A stretch of DNA of 64,000 nucleotides. It comes from Eledone cirrhosa. Its lineage: Eukaryota. A program made the position numbers and the translations under genes. The stretch lies in the NCBI GenBank assembly GCA_964016885.1, contig OZ024756.1:34782001-34846000 (forward strand), written 5' to 3'. Shown in pieces: positions 24,464-37,359 of the stretch. The stretch's first letter is position 1. Each line of letters starts with the position of its first letter. Under the pieces are notes generated by a model. That model had not been told where the DNA came from. It saw only the letters and a list, made by a program, of their open reading frames with translations, and ran no database searches.

Positions 24464-25021
24464 CATAGATATATATACATAGATATATATATAGATATAT
24501 ATATATATATATATATAGATATATATATATATACATATATATATATACATATATATATGTGTGTATATGTATATATAAATATATGGATATATATATATGT
24601 GTGTATATGTATATATAAATATATGGATATATATATATGTATATATATGTGTATATGTATATATAAATACATATGTATATATATGTATATATAAATACAT
24701 ATGTATATATATATATATATGTATATATAAATATATATGTATATATATGTGTATATGTATATATAAATATATATGTATATATAAATACATATGTATATAT
24801 GTATATATAAATATATATGTATATATATGTGTCTGTTTATGAGTTTCTGTTTATACATTATAAATACACACACACACACATATATATACATATATATATA
24901 TATGGAATATCAATGCTACAGCTTCTATTGTGCTGCATCTTTCTTTCCCCAGCCACAGTACACATCATACCTGCAGGTGGTGGTTGTGGATGTATATTTG
25001 TGTGTGTATATACATATATAC

Positions 25022-25066
<45 letters not shown>

Positions 25067-25339
25067 CATATATATAATTTGTTTTGAGCATTGAATGGAG
25101 TGTAGTGATGTGATATTCTTTCTCTCTCCTTCCTTTCCCAGCACATCTCCATATCTAAGGATTGAAGTATAGTGAAGGCTTGAGGGTTGGGAGGTGGTGG
25201 TGTTCCTACCCCCTCTCTCTCTCCTCTTCCTCTCCATATGTGTGTATTGGAGTATAATGGTGTAGTGGTGGTGGCGGGGGAGTTTGATGTTGCATCACTC
25301 TCTCTCTCTCTCCCTGTACCTCTCCATATGTTGTAACTA

Positions 25340-26115
25340 CAGTGGAAGCTTCTCTACCATCACCACCCTCACCATCAGCAACATCACCAGTAGTAGCAGC
25401 AGTAGTAATACCGCCAACAACAGCAGTAACAACACCATCACCACCACCATCACCATCACCACTATTAGCAGCAGTAACAACACTATCATCATCACCAGTA
25501 TCAGCAGCAACAGAACTATCACCATCACCACCACCACCACCATGACCATGATTACTAGCAACAGCACCATCACCACCAGCAGCAGCATCACTACCACCAT
25601 CACCATCATCAGCAACATCACTACTGCCACCCCCATCACCTCCACTACTACCACCAACACCATCACCACCACCATCAACAACAACAGCAGCACCACCACC
25701 ATCACCAACAGCAGCACCAGCATCAGCACCACCACCACCACCACCACCACCAGCATCAGCACCATCACCACCGCCACCATCAGTACCAGCATCACCACCA
25801 CCACCATCAGTACCAGCATCACCACCACCACCATCAGCACCACCAACATCAGTACCAGCATCACCACCACCACCATCAGTACCATCAGTACCATCACCAC
25901 CACCAACATCAGTACTAGCATCACCACCACCACCACCACCACCATCAGTACCAGCATCACCACCACCAACATCAGTACTAGCATCACCACCACCACCATC
26001 AGTACCATCATCACCACCACCAACATCAGTACCATCATCACCACCACCACCAACATCAGTACCACCATCACCACCACCACCATCAGTACCACCATCACCA
26101 CCACCACCATCTGCC
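25340..26115. repeat. (CAC/CAT/CAG)n triplet low-complexity tract
   Basis: Built from CCACCACCATCAGTACCAGCATCA-type units; long ORFs occur on both strands because the repeat lacks stops. Confidence 0.9.
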
Positions 26116-26809
26116 ACTCACAGACAATCCTCTTTACAAGCTCTATAGATTCTTCAGTTTATTAAGTTATAAAAAGATATGAAGATAAGAGTCATACAAT
26201 AGTGTGGTGGTGGTGGTGGTGGTGGTGGGGTGTATGGGGGATTGTTTTTGTGGTGGGGCTGGTGGTTGTTGTGGTGGTGGTGGTGTTGCTAATAGTTGCA
26301 TTGTCACACACATATACACACGTTTTTCTCTCCCTCACTGTCTGTCTCTCACTCTCTCAGTCCCACACACTCTTTCTCTCACTCTCACTCTGTTTCTCTC
26401 TCTCTCACTCTCACTCTCTCTCTCACTCTCACTCTCTCTCTCACTCTCACTCTCTCTCTCACTCTCACTCTCTCTCTCACTCTCACTCACTCTCTCACAC
26501 TCTCACTCTCACTCACTCTCCCCGTTTCTCTCTATCTCTCTCATTTGGAAACATCTAAATTTCAAATTCTTCATTTCTGATTTGCATAGATGGTTTAGTT
26601 AGTCTGATGGTTTAGTGGTGGAGTGGTGTACAATGGTATGGTAGCTGTCATCATATTATTGTGCTGGTAATATAGTAAATGTAGTTAAAGGTGGTAGTGG
26701 TCTAGTGGCATACTGGTGGTTGTGGTGGTATAGTATCTGTTGTTGTTGGTGGTGGTGTTAGTGTCTGTCGTATTGGCAGTGGTGGTGGTGTAGTGTCTGG
26801 TATGATGGT

Positions 26810-28775
26810 AGTGGTGTAGTGTCTGGTGTGGTGGTGTGATGGTGGCAGTGTAGTGTAGTGGTGTTGTTCATGGTGTATTGTCTGTTGTGGTGGTGTGATG
26901 GTGGCAGTGTAGTGTAGTGGTGTTGTTCATGGTGTGGTGTCTGGTGTGGTGTAGTGTAGTGGTGTTGTTCATGGTGTAGTGTCTGGTGTGGTCGTGTGAT
27001 GGTGGCAGTGTAGTTTAGTGGTGTTGTTCATGGTGTAGTGTCTGGTGTGGTGGTGTGATGGTGGCAGTGTCGTGTAGTGGTGTTCATGGTGTAGTGCCTG
27101 GTGTGGTGGTGTGATGGTGGCAGTGTCGTGTAGTGGTGTTGTTCATGGTGTATTGTCTGGTGTGATGGTGGCAGTGTAGTGTAGTGGTGTTGTTCATGGT
27201 GTAGTGTTTGGTGTGGTGGTGTGATGGTGTGGTGTAGTGTAGTGGTGTTGTTCATGGTGTAGTGTTTGGTGTGGTGGTGTGATGGTGGCAGTGTAGTGTA
27301 GTGGTGTTGTTCATGGTGTATTGTCTGTCGTGGTGGTGTGATGGTGGCAGTGTAGTGTAGTGGTGTTGTTCATGGTGTAGTGTTTGGTGTGGTGGTGTGA
27401 TGGTGGCAGTGTAGTGTAGTGTAGTGGTGTTGTTCATGGTGTATTGTCTGTTGTGATGGTGGCAGTGTAGTGTAGTGGTGTTGTTCATGGTGTAGTGTCT
27501 GGTGTGGTGGCAGTGTAGTGTAGTGGTGTTGTTCATGGTGTGGTGGTGTGATGGTGGCAGTGTAGTGTAGTGGTGTTGTTCATGGTGTATTGTCTGTTGT
27601 GGTGGCAGTGTAGTGTAGTGGTGTTGTTCATGGTGTAGTGTTTGGTGTGGTGGTGTGATGGTGGGAGTGTAGTGTAGTGGTGTTGTTCATGGTGTAGTGT
27701 CTGGTGTGGTGGTGTGATGGTGGCAGTGTCGTGTAGTGGTGTTGTTCATGGTGTATTGTCTGGTGTGGTGGTGTGATGGTGGCAGTGTCGTGTAGTGGTG
27801 TTGTTCATGGTGTAGTATTTGGTGTGGTGGTGTGATGGTGGCAGTGTAGTGTAGTGGTGTTGTTCATGGTGTAGTGTCTGGTGTGGTGGTGTGATGGTGG
27901 CAGTGTAGTGTAGTGGTGTAGTGTCTGGTGTGGTGGTGTGATGGTGGCAGTGTAGTGTAGTGGTGTTGTTCATGGTGTAGTGTCTGGTGTGGTGGTGTGA
28001 TGGTGGCAGTGTAGTGTAGTGGTGTTGTTCATGGTGTAGTGTTTGGTGTGGTGGTGTGATGGTGGCAGTGTAGTGTAGTGGTGTTGTTCATGGTGTAGTG
28101 TTTGGTGTGGTGGTGTGATGGTGGCAGTGTAGTGTAGTGGTGTTGTTCATGGTGTATTGTCTGTTGTGGTGGTGTGATGGTGGCAGTGTAGTGTAGTGGT
28201 GTTGCTCATGGTGTGGTGGTGTGATGGTGGCAGTGTAGTGTAGTGGTGTTGTTCATGGTGTAGTGTTTGGTGTGGTGGTGTGATGGTGGCAGTGTAGTGT
28301 AGTGGTGTTGTTCATGGTGTATTGTCTGTCGTGGTGGTGTGATGGTGGCAGTGTAGTGTAGTGGTGTTGTTCCTGGTGTAGTGTTTGGTGTGGTGGTGTG
28401 ATGGTGGCAGTGTAGTGTAGTGGTGTTGTTCATGGTGTATTGTCTGTTGTGATGGTGGCAGTGTAGTGTAGTGGTGTTGTTCATGGTGTAGTGTCTGGTG
28501 TGATGGTGGCAGTGTAGTGTAGTGGTGTTGTTCATGGTGTAGTGTTTGGTGTGGTGGTGTGATGGTGGCAGTGTAGTGTAGTGGTGTTGTTCATGGTGTA
28601 TTGTCTGTTGTGGTGGTGTGATGGTGGCAGTGTAGTGTAGTGGTGTTGTTCATGGTGTGGTGTAGTGTAGTGGTGTTGTTCATGGTGTAGTGTCTGGTGT
28701 GGTCGTGTGATGGTGGCAGTGTAGTTTAGTGGTGTTGTTCATGGTGTAGTGTCTGGTGTGGTGGTGTGATGGTGG
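26810..28775. repeat. 59-bp minisatellite, about 2 kb, with deletion variants
   Basis: Unit CATGGTGTAGTGTCTGGTGTGGTGGTGTGATGGTGGCAGTGTAGTGTAGTGGTGTTGTT (for example starting at 27971 and 28030). Confidence 0.95.
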
Positions 28776-28784
28776 TGTTGTTGG

Positions 28785-29100
28785 TATAGTGTCTGTTGTA
28801 TTGGTGGTGCAGTGTGGTGGTATTGGTGTAGTGTCTGTTGTATTGGTGGTGCAGTGTGGTGGTATTGGTGGTGTAGTGTCTGTTGTATTGGTGGTGCAGT
28901 GTGGTGGTATTGGTGTAGTGTCTGTTGTATTGGTGGTGCAGTGTGGTGGTATCGGTGGTGTAGTGTCTGTTGTATTGGTGGTGCAGTGTGGTGGTATTGG
29001 TGTAGTGTCTGTTGTATTGGTGGTGCAGTGTGGTGGTATTGGTGGTATTGGTGGTGCAGTGTGGTGGTATTGGTGGTGCAGTGTGGTGGTATTGGTGTAG
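28785..29100. repeat. 42/45-bp minisatellite
   Basis: Unit GTAGTGTCTGTTGTATTGGTGGTGCAGTGTGGTGGTATTGGT(GGT), alternating in length. Confidence 0.92.
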
Positions 29101-29236
29101 CCCAGCTCAACTATTATCTGTGTTCAGCAGTGTAGTAATATAATTATTTCCCAGAAAGAAAGTCTGTTTCTCTCTCAAGTAAAGACAACTGTAACAACAG
29201 CCCCCAACACCAACTGTTGTGTTACTATCTTCATTG

Positions 29237-29283
<47 letters not shown>

Positions 29284-29404
29284 GTAATGCAAGTCTTAAC
29301 TATAAGTAACAACAACAGCCACCACCACAACAACAACAGTCACCAATCTATCCCCCTCCACTCCCTCCCCTGTAATGACTGTATCTACTCACCTAGATAA
29401 GATA

Positions 29405-29630
29405 GTCCCACCATTGCTATGATGACCATTGGTAAGATCAACCATCACACCATTGTTGCCATCACCAATGATAAGATCAACCATCACACCAATGGTAAGG
29501 TGAACCATCTCACCATTGTTATCATCAATGGCAAGGTCAACCATCGCACCATTGCTATCAGCACCAATGGTAAGATAAGCCATCTCACCAGTGTTATCAC
29601 CAATGGTAAGATGAACCATCTCACCATTCT
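29405..29630. repeat. Degenerate 36-39-bp tandem repeat (about 6 units)
   Basis: Unit resembles CACCATTGTTATCATCACCAATGGTAAGATGAACCATCT. Confidence 0.85.
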
Positions 29631-29911
29631 GTCTCTAATAACAACTGAAATGTTTACAATATCTCCTCTTAGAGTTGTCTCATGGGATTCACAGAGCTGC
29701 AATTGTGAACTTTTGCATATTTCAGTAATAGTGGTTATGGATTGTGGTAGTGGTACTGGTGGTGGTGGTGGTGGTAGTCAGCAGCGAGCAGTAGAGCAGA
29801 GCCACTGCACTACTAGCTAAGTTTACCATTGGGAGTCATTGAATAATGTCTCACACACACTCACACAGCATCTTTAATTTTGCATGACATCTAGTTTGGA
29901 AAGAGAGAGAG

Positions 29912-30205
29912 ATTGTTGTCATATTATGGAAATATTGTTCAACAACAACAGCAACAACAATACATACATTGTTTTCTAATAGCTTTACATCACATAATGT
30001 CTCTATCAACATTTTATATTGAGTTTTATGTTGTCAATATATATATATATCATCATCATCATCATGATATATATATATATTGACAACATAAAACTCAATA
30101 TAAAATGTTGATAGAGACATTATGTGATGTAAAGCTATTAGAAAACAATGTATGTATTGTTGTTGCTGTTGTTGTTGAACAATATTTCCATAATATGACA
30201 ACAAT
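29912..30205. repeat. Essentially perfect inverted duplication, arms about 140 bp
   Basis: ATTGTTGTCATATTATGGAAATATTGTTC...GTTGTCAATATA recurs as its reverse complement around a (TA)n(CAT)n(TA)n centre. Confidence 0.95.
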
Positions 30206-30228
30206 ATATATATATATATATATATTTT

Positions 30229-30328
<100 letters not shown>

Positions 30329-30834
30329 AAAAGTAAATGGAAAGCAACACACCCAAACGATACAGTACAATGAAAAAGGTGTGTATATGGTCAATGTTTG
30401 TGTATATATATATATATATACACACACGCACAGCTTCACTATACACACACACACATATACATAGAGAGAGAGAGACACACACAGTTGCCTTGACCAAGAT
30501 TGTCTGATCCCAGTTAGTCTATCCTCTCCCATACCTCATCCCTTTCCCTCTGTTTATTGTCTATTTTAATCTAAACTTCATTTGATATTTACTTTAATCC
30601 TCAGATCAATTAAAACCTTAGTCAATTCATTCAATATTTTGTCTTTTATGCCTCAGATAATCTCATTCTATAATTCTAAAATTAAGGTAACTGAATAATT
30701 ATATATATATATATATAATCTGCTGTCTCCGGTAATTGATAGTCAAGGAAGCATTAATATATATATATTTATTTTTATTTTTTTGTTATGACCATGCTGT
30801 AAAATGGAGGGGTAGAGAGGGCCCATGAGTCCAG

Positions 30835-31475
30835 TAAGACATCCTCTCTAGTGCTGGTGGCACGAATAAAAGCACCCAGTCCATGCTGTAAAGTGTCACT
30901 GGTGTTAGGAAGGGCATCCAACCAGTGTATCAATGCCAAAACAATTATGAGCACAGCAACAAATATATAGGATCAACAAAAATATGAAGACGTCGCATCT
31001 CAGAGCTGCAACACTTAATGTTGGCACTCTCACAGGTAGATCTGGTGAAATAGTGGAGATGCTGGAGAGAAGGCATGTGGATGTGTGCTGTGTGCAAGAG
31101 GTGAGATGGAGAGGTGCCTCTGCGAGACTAATCGCAGGCAAACATCTTAGCTATAAGCTTTTCTGGGTAGGTAAGGATGATGGGTTAGGGGTAGTAGGCA
31201 TTTTCCTGGCTGAGAGATGGATCAATAAGACAATAGAGTTGTTTGAGTTAATAATTGAATAATTAAGCTTAGATTAGTTGTAGGCAGGAGACTACTGACA
31301 ATCATCTCTGCCTATGCTCCCTAAGCAGGCCTAGGCAAAGAAGAGAAAGACTGCTTTTACGAGCAACTTTTACAAACAGCCACAATAACAGAGGACGGAG
31401 ACATCGTTATGCTAGCAGGGGACTTCAATGGTCATGTTGGACAGCTCCAGGATGGTTACACTGGGGTTATGGCTC
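30835..31475 (+). pseudogene. RTE LINE 5' fragment: 5' UTR + APE-type endonuclease (decayed)
   Basis: TLNVGTLTGR...VDVCCVQEVRW...KLFWVG, then IISAYAP and LAGDFNGHVG motifs, with stops and frameshifts. Confidence 0.88.
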
Positions 31476-31690
31476 AAGAAACTAATTTTATTAAGGTTAA
31501 AAGTGAATATTTAAACCCTACTTCAATGCAGATTACTCTTTTGTCTCAGCTACCACCCACACACAGATATGTATGTATATGTATGTATATTTATGTATAT
31601 ATACATATCTATGAGAGAAGTCAACAAGGAAAATGTACACTGGAGAACAGTACAATGATGATATATATTAGTTTAATGCTTGATATAGTG

Positions 31691-31740
31691 GGGAAAGAGA
31701 TTTAATGTTTCGGACATCAGTCCTTCATCGGGAGATAGAA
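31691..31740 (-). ncRNA. Degenerate minimal hammerhead-like motif in a dispersed repeat
   Basis: Minus strand reads CCGATGA-A-GGAC-TGAT-GTCC-GAAAC-ATTA. The core has one substitution relative to CUGAUGA and stem I is poor. Confidence 0.4.
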
Positions 31741-32248
31741 AGAGAAGATGAAATAGAAAGGTAGAGGCGAGAAAGCAAAGTATGTACATATATCTCTCTC
31801 TATATATATATATATATAGGCTGGGCAGGACACTGGTCATTTGATTGTTAGGATTCATTGCTATGCTTATCTCTGGTCAGTGTCCATTAATGGTAGAGGA
31901 GAAGGTGGCGGGAAGGTTGTATTGATTGACAGTGGGTGAAAGGTGAACACTTTAACTCCCCCCCTAGCTGTGGCCTCTACACCACTATAATAACCATGTT
32001 AGTGTTACTATGTTGATGTTGTTGGCACTAACACTTTATTGATTTCTCTTGTTAGCTGGTTGGTTGGCTGGCTGGCTGGTTGGTTGTTTGGCTTACTGGC
32101 TGGTTGACTGGTTGTTTGGTTGGTTCCATTTACTGAGTGTTTCACTGCGACAACTACAACACACACATACTCTCTCTCTCTCATGCACACACATAAACAT
32201 ACATGCATGTGTGTGTATACAACTAAGATTATTTATATATATACATAT

Positions 32249-32591
32249 GGAGGTACATGGCTTAGTGGTTAGAGCATTGGCCTTGCAATCGAAAGGTTGT
32301 GAGTAAAATTCTCAGACCGGGTGATGTGTTGTTTCCTTGAGCAAGACACTTTATTTCACATTGCTCCAGTTTACTCAGCTGTAGAAATGAGATGATAGGG
32401 ACTGGGATCCATATCATTCCACTGCAAAGTGGTCGTGGAGGTGCCACGGCAAAAAAGCACCCAGCACTCACTGTAAATGAGGTTGGTGTTAGGAAGGGCA
32501 TCCAGCTGTAGAAATCAGGCCAGAATCAGTTCCCGTCCCACCCTTGCAAGCAGGGAAAAAAGTGGACGTAAAATGAAATGATGATGAATGA

Positions 32592-32595
<4 letters not shown>
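32249..32595 (+). mobile_element. Full-length family A CORE-SINE with RTE tail
   Basis: tRNA-like head, CORE block, LINE-like tail and (GAT)n, embedded in (TA)n. Near-identical to 1097-1444. Confidence 0.92.
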
Positions 32596-32651
<56 letters not shown>

Positions 32652-33054
32652 ATTTATGTTGGGTCACTCTTCAGTGCTACTAGTAACATGTAACCCAATA
32701 CAACCTGTGCATGATCTGGCCGTCGGTGACTAAACCGGCGACCACACCAAGCTTGTTTGGTGAGGAGGGTGATTTTGGAGACCCTGTGGATGAAAAACAA
32801 AACCCGTCAATGGCCATCCAATAAAGTATTTTTTTTTTTGTGAAGCGAGAGACTTCTAGTCTTCATTAAGACATCTCTCTAGAAGGTCACTCTGACATAA
32901 AACCTGGTACTTGAATTTCCCCCCCCCCCCCCACACACACACACCCTGATCCTATATGACATGAAGATTAGTTTTGTATAGACAAATATTGTTGATTATT
33001 TACTTATTTCATTTATTCAGTTTCAAAGCTGATATATAATACAATGTGAGTTAT

Positions 33055-33250
33055 GGTAGTTGAGTTGAGGGTATGACAGTTCAGTTGAGTCTTAAGTATG
33101 GGGGTTCAGTTGAGCCTTGAGTATGGCAGTACAGTTGAACCTATGGCATGGTGGTTCAGTTGAGCCTTGAATATGGCAGTAGAGTTGAACTTGTGGCATG
33201 GTAGTTCAGTTGAGCCTGGAATATGGCAGTTCAAATGAGCCTGGGGTTTG
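33055..33250. repeat. Degenerate ~25-bp tandem repeat with ~50-bp higher-order period
   Basis: Alternating CAGTTGAGCCTTGAGTATGGCAGTA and (C/G)AGTTGAAC(C/T)T(A/G)TGGCATGGT(G/A)GTT units. Confidence 0.8.
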
Positions 33251-34291
33251 ACAGTGATATAGTAGTTAGTATATTATAGTACTAATGACAGTATTCCAGC
33301 AGCTTAAACCACATGAAAAATTAGCCTGCAAATTTTCGCAACAAGCTGTCCATCAGTGACCACACTATAAACGTTTGAATTAACAAACCTGTTTTTAGAT
33401 AATTTCTACTAAATCATTATAGAATGTTTAGGATGTTAAGAGTCAATGTAAATATGAAAACACATTGTTACATTGACTCTCTCTCTCGTTTATTGCTGGC
33501 CTACATTGGTATGTGTGTCTATATGTGCGTCTATATGTGTTAGTGTGTCTATTATGTGTGCGTTTTAATATAGATGTGTGTCTAACTACATGTACATACT
33601 GTGTGTCCATATAGGTGTCTGTCGAATCGTAACTCTGTGTATGTATCTACCTGTCTATGTATGTTTGTGTGTCAGTATATCTACATATATGTGAGCTTGT
33701 GTGTTAATGTGTGTATGTGTTCAGTGAAATAATCCTGTTTATTGAAGTAAAATGTAGTCGTGAGGAGATGTGAGGGTTGTTGTCTGGAGTATTTGTTTTC
33801 TAAATTCAATGATGTATATATAATATATACATGCATATTGATATATATATATATATATATGTGTATATATATATATATGTGTGTGTGTATGTATATATAT
33901 ATATATATATGTGTGTATGTATATATATGTGTGTATATATATATGTGTGTGTGTGTGTATGGATATATATATATGTGTGTATATATATGTGTGTATGTGT
34001 ATATATATATATATGTGTGTGTGTATGTATATATATATATATGTGTGTATATATGTGTGTGTATATATATATATATACATACACACATATATACACATAC
34101 ACACATATATATACATATATATATATAGATATATACACACACACTCACATATATATATATATATACACAAACAAACAGTTTAATAAATCAATATTGTAGA
34201 TGTGACGTTTGCACAGTTCTTTTTAAAATTAAAATTCAATATATATGTATGTGTGTGTATGTAAATATATATATACATATATCTATAGGTT

Positions 34292-34387
<96 letters not shown>

Positions 34388-35644
34388 GCCGGCTTTACAT
34401 ATGTGCAAAGCTATATACATGCATAGGTATATGCACGCATGTATTTATTTATATATACTTACATACTTTGTCACACATGAACACACAGGTTAAAGCATCC
34501 TATATTTCAGTCACATATACACCTGCGCAGAATTGCACCCCCCCCCCCCCATGTACACAGAATACAAGAATACTAGTACACACTTCTATTGGACGCGCAC
34601 ACGCACACGCACACAAACCTAGTTATATATGTCGCTACGTGTGGTTTAGGCACACATAGAAATGAACCTGTACCTACACTTACAGATATACACATAGACC
34701 TCCACATTTAGACAGGCGTACAGCTGTACATATTCGCAGACTTACAGCTGTACATGTGTCCACACACACACACACACACACACACAGCTAGACACGCAGC
34801 CGCATATATATTTATTTATACATATATACAGCTAGCTATATATATATACACACACAAACACACACACAGCTGTACATAGAAACATCAGTCAATAACTATG
34901 TTAAATACATCATTCCAGCTGTTGTCAGTCATAATATTGATCCCCCCCCCTCTCTCTCTCTATATATATATATATTTTATTTTTTTATATATATATTTAC
35001 ATTTATATTGATATATGTATATATATATATTTTTTATTTATATATATGTACATATTTATATTTTTACGTGAGTTATATACGTATAATAAAGTATAGTTTC
35101 AGCTTTATTTGGGACAAGTCTTTATAAGTCAATCTACCAGTTGTGTGTATGTATCTATGAATGTATGTATGTATATATGTATATATATATATCTACAAAG
35201 GCTTCGCTAAACTGGAAAATCTGATTTACATAAGAACTGCTCTGCTGGTTACTATATATCATGTAACTAATTAGCGATGTGCTAAGTGATGTGTTTTATC
35301 CTTGTTTTAAATGTTTGATAGTGTGTACTGTATGTATGTTTAGTGGTACATATTGTAGCTTGTGTTGCAGTATTGGGACTAAACACACTAGAAATATGTA
35401 AACGAATGTTTTAACTATCTCTTGTGAAGGTAGATAAATGGCTGGGGTTGTGGGGCTGCTGGGCGGTGGGTTGGGGGTGTCTGTGTTATTTAGGATGACT
35501 TTTTTCTGTGGTTTATTGTCATAGAAACTTATTAATTAACTTTACTGAACCATGTCTCTGAGAACCACTTCCTTTTATAGATGTTTTGAGATATACACTT
35601 TCTGTCTCTCTAATTCGATCTATCTATCTATCTATCACATTTTT

Positions 35645-35812
35645 TCGGGTGTATGTGTTACCCATATAAACTGTCTCCCCCTATTGGGGAAAATCGACTA
35701 ACTTTTTAAATTGCATTTGTGATAACATTTTACACGTTTTTATTGTATGTAAACTTCCCCCTTTGTATTTGTCCCCTTCTTTTGTGCCCCTGTGGCTAAT
35801 AAAGAAATATAT
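35645..35812 (+). mobile_element. Possible 3' end of a second non-LTR element family
   Basis: Ends TGGCTAATAAAGAAAT before a microsatellite. The same terminus occurs on the minus strand near 51673-51690 (ATTTCTTTATTAGCCA). Confidence 0.35.
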
Positions 35813-35819
35813 CTATCTA

Positions 35820-35851
<32 letters not shown>

Positions 35852-36407
35852 GCCATCTATCTATATGTCTATCTATTTATCTATATGTCAATCTGTCTGT
35901 TTGTCTGTCTAGCTATCTATTATCTATATGTCTATTTACCTGTCTGTCAATCTACCTGTCTGTCTGTCCTGTTACATCTGGGAGATATGGTGCTTAACTT
36001 GACAATTACAAAGCAGTTACACCCCCAACCCTTCTGTCTCTCCCATTCCTGTGTATACACATTATACATACTAACTATATATATATATATACACACATAC
36101 ACCTTCTTTCTCCCCCTCCAACAACAACAACAACAATAATCCACCACTGAAAAGAACACCAACCACTTCCTCTATGTTTGATCAAAAGCATGTGACCAAT
36201 TTATTTATTTTTAGTTTTTTGCTGTGTATATATTTATCTATGTGTTCTATGTGTGTTGTGAGTGTTTCATGTGTGTATATGTTTATCTATGTTTATGTAA
36301 TGTATGTATGTGTGCGTGTGTTTTGTTTTCTGATTAATTCTTGATGTGTTTTTTATTTTATTTTTTACTTATTCTATTTATTACACTCATTTCTCTGAGA
36401 CATACAG

Positions 36408-36451
<44 letters not shown>

Positions 36452-37184
36452 GCACACACATGCAGAGAAAGAGAGGGGAATACAAACCAAAAGAGAAATA
36501 CATAGTGAGAAAGAGAGATACATTGAAAGATAGAGGTGTGTGTGATAATGTGGTTGTTCCTCTAGGGATGTGGTGGTTGCCAATGACAACAGTGCAAGTG
36601 GTTGATAAACAATGACGGTGGAGGGGAGAGGTGCAAAAACAACAACAAAAATCAAAACAAAACCTATTGATTTATCAATGACAATTTGGTTTCTCTCTTT
36701 CTCTCTCTCCCTGTCTCTAACACTCTCTTTCCTTATTTCTCTCTATCTGTACACACAACATCACTGGTTTAAATACTGTTTGTATATTTGATGATGATGA
36801 TGATAGCTATCATCATCATCATCAAATATACAGACCGTTCACCCTCAGATACAAATGACAATTCACTTTCCTCATTGGTTTGTGTGTGTGGTTTCTTTTT
36901 TTAGTGTTTCAAAATTAAATTAAATTCATTAAAATATTTCAATATTTAAATTGTTTATTTGTATTTCTGAAATACATTCTAAAAGGACAAACAAAACATT
37001 GTTGTTACTGTGGTTATTGTAGTAATAACTTTCAGCCCCGCCATCATGAAACTAGAATCTTAGTTTTTTTTTTTTTAGAACTATATAACCTCACCTATAT
37101 ATATATATATAAAAGATAAACACAGATATAAACGTGTTCAAATCGTAAGGGACTATTTTGAGTTTCTAACTCAGTATATACCTT

Positions 37185-37251
<67 letters not shown>

Positions 37252-37359
37252 TATCTTGGATGTAGACGAGAGCTCCGTAAGCTCCAGGAAAAACAGTCCA
37301 CCTAGGAAAGCAGTAACTCAAAGAAGAATAATAATACTCTATAGGCTTCAGAAGTCACG

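Noticed and set aside
25206-26165. 250-300 aa Gly/Asp-, Thr- or Val-rich ORFs (mucin- or glycine-rich-protein-like)
   Set aside because: Open in several frames on both strands because the triplet repeat lacks stops; no convincing splice or start context.
26810-29100. CRISPR-like array
   Set aside because: Units are contiguous with no unique spacers, there are no cas genes, and the context is eukaryotic; it is a minisatellite.
32249-32325. tRNA gene (also at 14079 and 1370-1444)
   Set aside because: A and B boxes are present but there is no proper acceptor stem, and the sequence continues into the CORE block; these are SINE heads.
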